Below, in pieces: positions 9,258-17,977 of a stretch of DNA of 64,000 bases. Made by a program: the position numbers and the translations under genes. Source of the DNA: a virus (Duplodnaviria; Caudoviricetes); IMG/VR virus record IMGVR_UViG_3300047564_001818; one strand, given 5' to 3'. The notes below the pieces were generated by a model that worked only from the letters and a program-made list of their open reading frames with translations, did not search any database and was not told where the DNA came from. Each line of letters starts with the position of its first letter. The first letter of the stretch is position 1.

Positions 9258-9881
9258 TTATTGGAGTTTGCTGATTATGTTAATCAGCGATTCCTTTAGA
9301 TACTTTTGTGCCTTTTCGTCGTGTCTTGTTGCCTGTGCTAGTTCGTATGCCTTGTAACCTCCGCGGGCATTCATTAGATGCTCGTAGATTGGTGTTGGGT
9401 ATGCACCTGGGGCGCTAGGCTGTGCTACAACGTCCACGGTGATGATTTCAAAATCAGAGACGGTGTTTGAACCGTCTTCTGATACATTGCCGCTACCTCT
9501 CGATGAGACACCTAGTTTAACGCCAGCTTCAAGCATGGTTTTAACTAGTTGCCCCATCGGTGTTGGTAGGATTTTTAGTTTTCCGTAACCATTTGGACCA
9601 TCCATCCACATTTCATTAATCATGTGGCTAACTCTGTCCAAGTTTATATTAAGGCCTTCTGGATGATCCACTTCTCCGAGAACACTATATCCTCCAGTTA
9701 TTTGATCATTGAGAGTTTTGACAGCCCTGCCTATTTCATTTACAGGATACACTCGCTGATTAGCGTTGCGAACGCCGCCTTGAATGCAAATACCTTTCAT
9801 AAAAAGGTCTTTGCCTTCGTTAACGTTTTCGACAACTATCCTAGCTTGGTCGAATGTCAAATGCTCTCGTAAGTTTCTCAT
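9258..9881 (-). CDS. gp21: Prohead protease, gp21-like (207 aa)
   Basis: NANQRVYP, LGEVDHP, LGVSSRGSG, DVVAQPSAPGAY motifs. Confidence 0.95.
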   Translation of the reverse strand: MRNLREHLTFDQARIVVENVNEGKDLFMKGICIQGGVRNANQRVYPVNEIGRAVKTLNDQITGGYSVLGEVDHPEGLNINLDRVSHMINEMWMDGPNGYGKLKILPTPMGQLVKTMLEAGVKLGVSSRGSGNVSEDGSNTVSDFEIITVDVVAQPSAPGAYPTPIYEHLMNARGGYKAYELAQATRHDEKAQKYLKESLINIISKLQ

Positions 9882-9902
9882 TCAAACTTCCTTAATCTTG
9901 CC

Positions 9903-10916
9903 TTACTTTGCGCGGCTGCTTAACTTGTTAAGTGTGCTAGTTGCGCCTTTATCGGCAGTGTCTGGCTTGCCCTTTTTCTCAGCGCCGTGGCCAGGTTGAG
10001 CAGTCATTTTAGTGGCTGCTTTTGCTCCAGGAACGTTTACGTTCTTGGTATTCATATCTTTTGTTGTTGGTGCAGCTAGACCGCCTTTAGTGCCTGCTGA
10101 TTTGCTTTCGCCACCTTTTGCAATGTTAGCACTTGTGCCGCCCATGTTGTTTGGCTTTGCTACTGCTGACTTAGTGTTTACTCCGTTGTCGCCGCCGATC
10201 TTTGAACCTAGATCACCACCGTTAACTTTTTCAACATACTCACGCATTTGCTCAGAAGCTGACTTCTTGTCTTTTTTGTCATCCTTCTTCATCATCTTTT
10301 TTGCTTCTTCTAGATCGTCGTCAGCTTCAAACGCAAAAGATTCTTTTTCTTCTTCGTCGTCTTCACCTTCTTCGTCTTCTTCGTCTTCTTCGTCGTCACC
10401 TTCGTCGTCCATGTCCATATCCATGTCCATGTCGTCGCCTTCGTCGTCGCCGCCCATTAGCTTTTCAAACTCTGCTTTTAGGTCTTCTAGTGCGTCTTCT
10501 AGATCATCTAAACGACCTTCAGTGTCGCCGCCTTCGTCGCCCATGTCCATATCCATATCTATGTCATCGCCGCCTTCGTCGTCCATGCCAAGGTCTGCCA
10601 TCATGTCGTCAGTTGGGTCGCCGCCCATGTCCATTGGATCTGCTTCTACTTCAAACTCATCAAGGTCGAAGCCTTCGTCTAGATCGTCGTCTGACTCATC
10701 TACTTCTTCGTCGTCTGACTCGTCTAGGTCGTCGTCTGACTCATCCACTTCTTCGTCGTCTGCTTCGTCTACTTCTTGATCTTCGTCTTCTAGAAGTGAC
10801 TCGTAAATATCACGTGACTTTTCTACTACGATTTCGTGGAAAAGTTCTTCTGCTGCTGCTCTGTCTTCGTTGATAAGAAGCTCTAGCATTTTTTCAAATT
10901 TGCTTAGATCTGCCAT
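9903..10916 (-). CDS. Highly acidic prohead core-like protein (337 aa)
   Basis: D/E-rich centre, basic C-terminus, own late promoter and AGGAG SD; directly upstream of gp21. Confidence 0.75.
   Translation of the reverse strand: MADLSKFEKMLELLINEDRAAAEELFHEIVVEKSRDIYESLLEDEDQEVDEADDEEVDESDDDLDESDDEEVDESDDDLDEGFDLDEFEVEADPMDMGGDPTDDMMADLGMDDEGGDDIDMDMDMGDEGGDTEGRLDDLEDALEDLKAEFEKLMGGDDEGDDMDMDMDMDDEGDDEEDEEDEEGEDDEEEKESFAFEADDDLEEAKKMMKKDDKKDKKSASEQMREYVEKVNGGDLGSKIGGDNGVNTKSAVAKPNNMGGTSANIAKGGESKSAGTKGGLAAPTTKDMNTKNVNVPGAKAATKMTAQPGHGAEKKGKPDTADKGATSTLNKLSSRAK
10675..10764. repeat. Two tandem 45-nt repeats in the acidic protein gene
   Basis: 10675-10719 vs 10720-10764, 41/45 identical; encode DDEEVDESDDDLDE units. 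Confidence 0.9.
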
Positions 10917-10970
10917 TTCAAACTCCTATAAATGTTGATCGCACTGGTTCAGTGCGGGGCTGTCATATTA

Positions 10971-10978
10971 TATTTAAC
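10971..10978 (-). promoter_or_regulatory. Late promoter variant (GTTAAATA)
   Basis: TAAATA core about 55 nt upstream of the 10916 start; leader has hairpin CGCACTG/CAGTGCG at 10940-10956. Confidence 0.55.
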
Positions 10979-11034
10979 ATTTATATGAAAAAGTGCGCAG
11001 AAATAGGCTCAAAACGAGACTATTTTGCTTTACA

Positions 11035-11628
11035 TTAGGTTATCCTGAAGTTTTTTTTGAATTCTTCGATGGATATATGTGTTAAGTTTGGTAGTTTACT
11101 CAGTTCATTTGGGACAAATACATTTTCTCCCAACACTCGTATATATCTCTTTTTTGAAAACTTTTGAACTGTAGTTGTAGTTTGTTTAAGCCAATTTCCA
11201 AAGTATGTGGCTCTTTCGTTACTGCGTTTATAGTTGAACGTGTCGGCATATACATTGTTTACGTATTCGCCGTTTACACCTAGACCTTTGTAATCAAATC
11301 CTAATATATAGATTTCGTCACTACCGTGATCACTGGCCATATGCAATGCTGTTGGACCTGAACTCCATCCTTTTGATGGAGTAAAGAAATTAAAACCTGA
11401 CATTTTGCTGAATGCTTTGTTAGGATTAGTCCATACTGAACATCTATGCTGTACTGACTCTTTGTTCAGTTCAATGATCATTTTAGTATCAACTGCTACA
11501 AGATAGTCAGGCAAAAACTCTCTGTATATAGCATTACACCCATATACAGATCCATACTGTTTTAGTTCACTGAGATTTATAGATTTACGACTGGTACCAT
11601 TACCTAGTACAAATGCTACTTTCTTCAA
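11035..11628 (-). CDS. DUF115/Maf-like (CstII sialyltransferase-fold) protein (197 aa)
   Basis: FVLGNGTS, YGCN, WSSGPTA, IYILGFDY motif series. Confidence 0.6.
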   Translation of the reverse strand: MKKVAFVLGNGTSRKSINLSELKQYGSVYGCNAIYREFLPDYLVAVDTKMIIELNKESVQHRCSVWTNPNKAFSKMSGFNFFTPSKGWSSGPTALHMASDHGSDEIYILGFDYKGLGVNGEYVNNVYADTFNYKRSNERATYFGNWLKQTTTTVQKFSKKRYIRVLGENVFVPNELSKLPNLTHISIEEFKKNFRIT

Positions 11629-11631
11629 ACA

Positions 11632-11880
11632 TTAAACTCCGCCAGTTTCTGCGTTAGCTGCTAAGCCATACATCTGCTTAATAAAGTCAAGCTCTTTACG
11701 CTTTTCTTCTGTATGTAGCTCGCTAGCTTTTCGAATTCTATTGATCTGGCGAAGTGTTAATCTTGTTTTGCGTGTATCTTTTTTCTCAACTGGTGAGTCA
11801 TCATACTCTTCCTCGTAGCGTTTATCTTCTACGGGTTCTACAGTTTCTCTATCAAAATAAAATAATTCACGCAGTATCAT
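11632..11880 (-). CDS. Small head-module protein (82 aa)
   Basis: Directly after the portal gene; TATAAATA box 5 nt upstream. Confidence 0.7.
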   Translation of the reverse strand: MILRELFYFDRETVEPVEDKRYEEEYDDSPVEKKDTRKTRLTLRQINRIRKASELHTEEKRKELDFIKQMYGLAANAETGGV

Positions 11881-11885
11881 ATTAT

Positions 11886-11893
11886 TATTTATA
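11886..11893 (-). promoter_or_regulatory. Late promoter (TATAAATA, exact T4 consensus)
   Basis: Overlaps the portal stop codon. Confidence 0.75.
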
Positions 11894-13646
11894 CCGTTTG
11901 GTTAGTTGTTGGCGGAGGCGAACCTAAGTCTTGTCCTGTAGCAGTTTCAGGACCTGCGCCTTCGCCTCCATCTACTGGTGGCGGCTCTTCTCCAGTTTCA
12001 TCTTCTAGTCCGCCAAGATCAGCATCTATGCCAGCACCGCTAATGCCAGCATCTCTCATTTCAGCACTAGCATCGCCTGGTGTAGGATCAAGATTTTCTT
12101 CGTTTTCTTCTCTCCACAAGCGTTCGTTTTCTGCTATCTCTTCTTCGGTCATGCCTAGGAATCGTTTCATTGCAAAACGATTTGAGATATAGGGTATTTG
12201 ACTCATTTGAGTATATGTTGGAACTCTAGCGTTGTCAATTTCTGATTGACGATAAGCAGCAAAGTTTTGTGGTGGTTGGAATTTGAGATCAAACATACTT
12301 GTGTCTATGTTAATGCCTTTTTCTAACATATAACGTTTGAACTCTTGATCAAACTCTTCTACTATTAGGTTTTGCAGACGTTCACAATAGGTGTTAAAAC
12401 GAAGTTCTTGTATGTAGGCTGTGCCCACACGTCCGTCATTATATTGAGCAGCTGAGTCATCTGCCCCAGTTGGTAGGTACGAACTTGGGATACGCAATCC
12501 GCGTACCAGCTTATTAGTGAAGTATCGTAGATCATCAATCTCTCCTAGGTTAGTACCGCCTGGCAGTGTTTCAACTTTTGATCCACGTCCTTCTGCTGTT
12601 TGTGGGAAGAAGTAGTCTTCGTTAATACTCAACGGATTGTAGCTGCTGTCAATAACATTTTGGCCGCCGCCTGTCGAACTAGGAATACGTCTTTGATGTA
12701 TTTCATTTTTAACACGCTCAACAAACGCCATAGCAAGGTGACTAGGCATGTTACCCACATCAACATAGAACACACGTCTTTCAGGAGCACGTTGCACACG
12801 ATAGATAATAATAGCATCTTCAAGCAGTTCTTTTTGTTTGTAAACTTTGAAGATAGTTTCTAATAAGCTGTTGCCAAATGGAAAGTTGTTGTCTAAGCCT
12901 TCTGAGAGACTGAGGTGTACCATATGTTTGGCTTCGATGGCCCATTCATTTTGATCAGTTTGGAAACGACTTCCACTCATGCTTGACTGTGGTTGTCCTA
13001 CCATACCTCTAGCATTGCCTACAGGTTGATATTGACTTCCTCCAGTGCCACCAGTTATAGTGCCGCTTACTTGGAATGGAGTTGTAGCAACACCTTCAAC
13101 AAAGTTAAAGTTTATATTTTTGACCATATACTGTTCAGGAACTTTGCCTTCTGATTCATTAACAATAATACGAGTAACGTTAGCAGGATCAACATGGAAC
13201 CAACGCTTAGTTTCTGGATCACGAAGGAAGAACTGATCGCCAAACTTAAAAACATTTCTTAGTATTTTAAATATTCTTGTTTCAAACTCTTGCAGCTTGC
13301 ACCACTGTTGTAGATACTTCTGAATGATTGTAACTTCTGAGTTTGTGGCCTGTTGTTTGTATTCTACAATAAACGGAGTATTGTTTTGTTTGTTTTTTTG
13401 AGTTGTAAACTCTGCTAGAATATCAAGCGCAGCATTAACTTCACTGTCTAAGTCCATAGTATTATATTGACCATAGCGTTCAACTCTGTTGGGAGATCCA
13501 ACATACACATCAGGTAGATAGCTTGAATAGTTAGAGCGAGCAGGGCCTGCCATGCCTCCGCCATTTCTTAGATTAGTAAAAGGGCTATAACTACCGTTTG
13601 GGTTATTTGCTGTAGGCACGGGGGTAAAATACTTTTTCCAGCTCAT
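11889..13646 (-). CDS. gp20: Portal vertex protein, gp20-like (585 aa)
   Basis: LEDAIIIYRVQRAPERRVFYVDVGNMP, EDYFFPQ...GRGSKVETLPGG, DDLRYF motifs. Confidence 0.95.
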   Translation of the reverse strand: MSWKKYFTPVPTANNPNGSYSPFTNLRNGGGMAGPARSNYSSYLPDVYVGSPNRVERYGQYNTMDLDSEVNAALDILAEFTTQKNKQNNTPFIVEYKQQATNSEVTIIQKYLQQWCKLQEFETRIFKILRNVFKFGDQFFLRDPETKRWFHVDPANVTRIIVNESEGKVPEQYMVKNINFNFVEGVATTPFQVSGTITGGTGGSQYQPVGNARGMVGQPQSSMSGSRFQTDQNEWAIEAKHMVHLSLSEGLDNNFPFGNSLLETIFKVYKQKELLEDAIIIYRVQRAPERRVFYVDVGNMPSHLAMAFVERVKNEIHQRRIPSSTGGGQNVIDSSYNPLSINEDYFFPQTAEGRGSKVETLPGGTNLGEIDDLRYFTNKLVRGLRIPSSYLPTGADDSAAQYNDGRVGTAYIQELRFNTYCERLQNLIVEEFDQEFKRYMLEKGINIDTSMFDLKFQPPQNFAAYRQSEIDNARVPTYTQMSQIPYISNRFAMKRFLGMTEEEIAENERLWREENEENLDPTPGDASAEMRDAGISGAGIDADLGGLEDETGEEPPPVDGGEGAGPETATGQDLGSPPPTTNQTV

Positions 13647-13659
13647 CTATATTCTCCTA

Positions 13660-16176
13660 TCAACGAACAGCACTGATTCTGCCATTTGCAATGTTGCTGC
13701 CCATTGATCTTGTGTTACGCTCTATGTTACCTGAGTCTTCGGCCATCTCTTGCATTACTTCTAATACTTGGCTCATAAGTTTATTTAACTGTTTAATGGT
13801 TTCCTGAGAGCTCTGATTGGTTGTGTTAATACTTTTTACAAGTTCTGTTTTCATGTCTTGTATGTTTTCTGAAAGAATAGCAATGTTGTCTATTTCTATT
13901 TTTGGTATTTCGTTAGTTGGAGTTGATCTCATATTATCAAACATATTTTTTTGAAAATCGACTGGTATACTTCTGCCGTTAGGTAATGGAACAACAGCTT
14001 CAGTGCCATGTAACTGCATTGGGTATCCGCTAGTAGGACCTGTTGCAATACCTCCAGTAGCCATGCCACCGTATCCAGCAAATTCATTTGCTGCGTTTGC
14101 ATTTAACTCACGTTCTTCAACAGTTTCATCGCTGCGCATCCAGTCTGGTAAAAATGATCCAACGTCAGGCAGTTCAAAATCAAATGCACTAGTTACTTTG
14201 TTCCATAAATCGTCAAATATTTTAGAAAAACTAAAATTACTAAACCGATCACTTATATCTGAAAATACTCCGGTTACTGAGTTCCAAGCGTCGGATATCC
14301 ATTCTTCAATTTGAGCAAGACCAAAATATGTAGCTATTCCTGCGAATGCTGCTATTACTGGTGCTACAATTAATGCTCCAATGCCAACAAATGGCGCTGC
14401 TAATAAAACTCCAACACCTACTAGTGCCCCTGTTAAAATTTTACCCCAATTTTCATCAAACCAAGTTGTAATGCCTCCTCCTATAGCACCAAAAGCACTA
14501 CCTAATATATCTGTAAACATTGTTGTAAGCTGCGGTGCAACACTAGTAAATGCACTAGATATTACGCCGCCTTCGCCAAATAAATCTGCAAACAGTCCAT
14601 CTATTTCTACTGTTTGAGGTCCTCCTGTCCGAGTTTCTATAGTTTCAGTTCCGCCAAACAGTGCTGTATCTAAACCAAAATTTCTAAAATTATCAATAAA
14701 AGATTTTATTGTTCCTATAAAATCTTTAAATGCGTTTTTAAAGTCTTCACTTTTTATAAGGTCAGCAACACTTGCAACAGCACCAGCTAGATCTTCAAAT
14801 AATCCACTATCTAATATAGCAGAAGCGATAGTTGCTCTCATTTCTTTGATAGCATCGTCAAAAGTAGTTAAAGTTCCTGTAATTTCTTCTCGTCTAGCTT
14901 GTTCTGCTATTGCTGCATCATATTCAGCAGTTCCGACTTCCATTAGTCTTGTAGCACTATCAAGTATGCTAGCTAGCACTGGATTGCTTTGTCTTAGTGC
15001 AGCAATATAAATAGCTCTCTGCTCACCTTCTAATCCAGCAAACCCTTCTATATTATGACCAGCAGCTTGTAGCGCATCTAATATTACTTGAGGATCAGCA
15101 CCAGCAGCAACTTGACGCATAGCTTCCATTATTTCTGGACCAGCGGCAGTAAGTACCATAATACCTTCTTCAGTCTGAGGTAATCCATCAGCTAGATCTT
15201 TTAGTCCAGCTGCTACGTCTGCAGGTAGTGTATCAATTAAAGCCATACTAGCACGGAAGTTTTCTAGACTGTCTCCTGTTAATTGATTTGCTAAAGCACG
15301 AAATCCTGCATCCTGTGCTTGTGCGGCCATTGATGCTTCTAATTCTTTTCTACTTTTACCAGTAACCTTAGCAAGTCTATCTAGTTGAACTAGGTAATTT
15401 GTAGAGCCCTGAGCCAATTGACCTACACTCATATTTTGCAAGCGACCCATTCTTGATTGAAGTGCAGCATAGTTAGCAATGCCTTCATTAACTTCTTCTA
15501 TTGTAAATCCAAGATTTTTTAGAAAACTAAAATTACCAGTAGCCTTTACAGCTCTATTAATTGCTGTAAATCTATTAACGCCTTCAGTAACAGTGCCACC
15601 TAGCAAACGAAAATTTTCAGAATTATTTCTAACCAAATTTGACATTTCATCTAAATTTAATTCTAAACTAGCGGCTGTCATTCTCATTTCTGTAATACTG
15701 TTATTAAATCCTGCACCTACACTCGATAAATCTCTAAATGTACTGATACTATTGTCAAGCATCTGTGTAAATGGAGTTATTAAGCTACCTATTAAAGGTA
15801 TATGTTGGGCAAAGTCTGAAAGCTGATCGCCGCCATCAAATAAGGCTTTAGTTAATCCAAGAACACTTTGACCGATACTTCCTATCAGTCCGCCTATTGC
15901 ACCAAGCATTGCTTTTGAATACCTGTTGGTAGCGTCAGTGGCTTTCTTAGTGGCTTTGGTTTTTTCTTCTAGTGCATCTCTGTTTTTTGTAACAACAGTA
16001 ATACCGTTTTTAACAGCATCGTTGTGTGCTTTTTGAACTTTGCCTGCTTCTTTTTTCGGATCTCGACCTGTTGAAGCTGCTAGTTTTTCGATTGCTCGTG
16101 TGAGACTGGCCAGTGTAGCTTCACTGGCTACACCGTTTTCACCGCCTACATTACTAATTTCTACTTCTTCGGCCAA
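13660..16176 (-). CDS. Tape measure protein (838 aa, TTG start)
   Basis: Helical A/G/L-rich body; C-terminal MATGGIATGP...HGTEAVVPL motif; next to the gp26/gp51-like pair. Confidence 0.75.
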   Translation of the reverse strand: MAEEVEISNVGGENGVASEATLASLTRAIEKLAASTGRDPKKEAGKVQKAHNDAVKNGITVVTKNRDALEEKTKATKKATDATNRYSKAMLGAIGGLIGSIGQSVLGLTKALFDGGDQLSDFAQHIPLIGSLITPFTQMLDNSISTFRDLSSVGAGFNNSITEMRMTAASLELNLDEMSNLVRNNSENFRLLGGTVTEGVNRFTAINRAVKATGNFSFLKNLGFTIEEVNEGIANYAALQSRMGRLQNMSVGQLAQGSTNYLVQLDRLAKVTGKSRKELEASMAAQAQDAGFRALANQLTGDSLENFRASMALIDTLPADVAAGLKDLADGLPQTEEGIMVLTAAGPEIMEAMRQVAAGADPQVILDALQAAGHNIEGFAGLEGEQRAIYIAALRQSNPVLASILDSATRLMEVGTAEYDAAIAEQARREEITGTLTTFDDAIKEMRATIASAILDSGLFEDLAGAVASVADLIKSEDFKNAFKDFIGTIKSFIDNFRNFGLDTALFGGTETIETRTGGPQTVEIDGLFADLFGEGGVISSAFTSVAPQLTTMFTDILGSAFGAIGGGITTWFDENWGKILTGALVGVGVLLAAPFVGIGALIVAPVIAAFAGIATYFGLAQIEEWISDAWNSVTGVFSDISDRFSNFSFSKIFDDLWNKVTSAFDFELPDVGSFLPDWMRSDETVEERELNANAANEFAGYGGMATGGIATGPTSGYPMQLHGTEAVVPLPNGRSIPVDFQKNMFDNMRSTPTNEIPKIEIDNIAILSENIQDMKTELVKSINTTNQSSQETIKQLNKLMSQVLEVMQEMAEDSGNIERNTRSMGSNIANGRISAVR

Positions 16177-16202
16177 AGTTAAAGATCCAAGTTATATACG
16201 CA

Positions 16203-16210
16203 CATAAATA
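16203..16210 (+). promoter_or_regulatory. Late promoter (CATAAATA) for the gp26-like gene
   Basis: nATAAATA box 41 nt before the ATG at 16252. Confidence 0.65.
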
Positions 16211-16232
16211 TTTTAGATACATACGTATAGTG

Positions 16233-16240
16233 TATTTATG
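16233..16240 (-). promoter_or_regulatory. Late promoter (CATAAATA) for the tape measure/portal operon
   Basis: Inverted copy of the 16203 box. Confidence 0.65.
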
Positions 16241-16251
16241 CGGAGAACATT

Positions 16252-17121
16252 ATGGTAGATTTTAACCCAGACAACTACGAAGCCAATCCTCTGAAGAAGT
16301 ATTTCAGACAACCTAAAGTCTATGTTACACTGCCTAGCAAGGGTAAGTTCTACCCACAGGGCGCAGTTGAAATGCCAGAAAACGGAGAACTGCCAATCTA
16401 TCCTATGACTGCTAAAGACGAACTTACTATGAAAACTCCTGACGCACTGCTGAATGGACAAGCCACAGTGAGTGTTATTCAAAGCTGTGTGCCTGCTATT
16501 AAAAATGCTTGGGCTATGCCTAGCATTGATCTTGACGCACTGTTGATAGCTATTCGTATTGCTACCTATGGCGATACTATGGAACTGTCTGTTAAGGTTC
16601 CAGGTATAGGCGAAGAAAGAAAATTTGATGTTGATCTGCGCAAGCTGTTAAACAAACTGGTCACAGTAGAATACGAATCAGAAATACAAATCAACAACAT
16701 GACAGTAAGTGTACGTCCTTTAGTCTATAAAGAATTTACTGAAGCTAGTCTTAAAACATTTGAAGAACAGCGTATATTTGCATTGGTTAACAATGAAACT
16801 ATATCAGAACAAGAAAAGCTAGCAAAGTTTAACGAAAGCTTTGCAAAGTTAACTGACTTAACAGTTAAGACTATGAGTAAATGTGTTTCAAAAATTACTG
16901 TAAGCGATACAGTGGTTACTAATCAAAATCACATTGATGAGTTTATACAAAACGCTGACAAAGCTTTTTATAAAGCTGTAGTTGAACATCTTGATCTACA
17001 AAAAGAAAAGTTTCAGATAGAACCTATTCAAGTACACAGCTCAGAAGAAGACATAGCCAAAGGTGCTCCTACAAATTGGACTGTGCCTATTACATTTGAT
17101 CAGTCAAATTTTTTCGCATAA
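16252..17121 (+). CDS. gp26: Baseplate hub assembly protein, gp26-like (289 aa)
   Basis: YFRQPKVYVTLPSKG, PMTAKDEL, DLDALLIAIRIATYG motifs; ends ...QSNFFA. Confidence 0.75.
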   Translation: MVDFNPDNYEANPLKKYFRQPKVYVTLPSKGKFYPQGAVEMPENGELPIYPMTAKDELTMKTPDALLNGQATVSVIQSCVPAIKNAWAMPSIDLDALLIAIRIATYGDTMELSVKVPGIGEERKFDVDLRKLLNKLVTVEYESEIQINNMTVSVRPLVYKEFTEASLKTFEEQRIFALVNNETISEQEKLAKFNESFAKLTDLTVKTMSKCVSKITVSDTVVTNQNHIDEFIQNADKAFYKAVVEHLDLQKEKFQIEPIQVHSSEEDIAKGAPTNWTVPITFDQSNFFA

Positions 17122-17152
17122 GGATCTTGCCTCTAAGTGTAGGTGAGATCCT
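17109..17152 (+). other. Predicted -1 programmed ribosomal frameshift signal
   Basis: T_TTT_TTC (17109-17115), 5-nt spacer, 12-bp hairpin 17121-17132/17141-17152; the -1 frame is open into 17127..17345. Confidence 0.75.
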
Positions 17153-17345
17153 CGAAGAAGTAAAACGCTACGAAGGTGAACAAAAGCAGTTTAAATCAGA
17201 ACTGCTTAAGATCTGCTGGTACATGCGTGGCGGCGTTACTATTGAAGATGCTTATTCTCTATCATTTGAAGATAGACTGTTGATAGGCGATATAATCAAA
17301 GAGAACTTAGAAACTACGAAGAAAAGCGGAATGCCTTTCTTTTAA
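17127..17345 (+). CDS. gp51-like hub assembly catalyst, probably expressed as the frameshift extension of gp26
   Basis: CWYMRGGVTIEDAYSLSFEDR; TTG start only 2 nt after AAGGA, poor for independent initiation. Confidence 0.6.
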   Translation: MPLSVGEILEEVKRYEGEQKQFKSELLKICWYMRGGVTIEDAYSLSFEDRLLIGDIIKENLETTKKSGMPFF

Positions 17346-17944
17346 CGACCTACTGCTCCGAACTGACTTAGTTTTTGATTTTTATCAAAGTTCTTGTCAA
17401 CTGTTGTTGGTTCACGACTAGACTTAAATTGAGGTGCTGCTTTTTGTTTAGCACCTTTGCCAAGAGCAGCAATTAATCTATTTCTTTCTTTGGTTGACAG
17501 TTTAAGTGCAGCATTTTTAACTTGTGCATATTGACTAGACACCTTAGCATTGCCAGCACCAGTACTTGCAGGAGTCTGTGCAGGAGCAGGCTTAGCGCCC
17601 TTACCTCTCATAGCCTGCGTTGCCTTTGCCATAAAGATTTTATTGATTCTGTCAGTGGTCATAGGTTGTGCAGTATCTATATCACCGGTATCTACATTTT
17701 TGCTGTCAAGAAAGTCTATTACATCCTGTGTGTCTGCTTGTTTGTCAGTTTTGTTCTGAGTTCCAAGAAATGTCATAAACTGATTGTAAAGATTGTTAGC
17801 TGTTGCTGCTAGATCTGCTTTACCAGCTAAGTTAGCAGCCGTAGATTTCATACCAGGAACTTTACCTAAAACTTTACTTCCGATACTTTGTGCTGCTTGT
17901 GCAAATCCACCTACAGGTGCTTCTGTTATCTCATTGATTTTCAT
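17342..17944 (-). CDS. Basic late protein, candidate internal head protein (200 aa)
   Basis: AATAAATA promoter at 17970-17977, AAGGA SD, N-terminus MKINEITEA. Confidence 0.65.
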   Translation of the reverse strand: MKINEITEAPVGGFAQAAQSIGSKVLGKVPGMKSTAANLAGKADLAATANNLYNQFMTFLGTQNKTDKQADTQDVIDFLDSKNVDTGDIDTAQPMTTDRINKIFMAKATQAMRGKGAKPAPAQTPASTGAGNAKVSSQYAQVKNAALKLSTKERNRLIAALGKGAKQKAAPQFKSSREPTTVDKNFDKNQKLSQFGAVGR

Positions 17945-17969
17945 TCAGAATGATCCTTACATGTTGCAG

Positions 17970-17977
17970 TATTTATT
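17970..17977 (-). promoter_or_regulatory. Late promoter (AATAAATA)
   Basis: nATAAATA box 25 nt before the 17944 start. Confidence 0.65.

Noticed and set aside
10400-10770. CRISPR-like array
   Set aside because: Repeats are in-frame coding repeats with no unique spacers; no cas genes in the window.
10012-10873. Long plus-strand ORFs (255 and 190 aa) opposite the acidic protein
   Set aside because: Ser- or Arg/Leu-rich shadows of GAC/GAA repeat codons; no SD or promoter.
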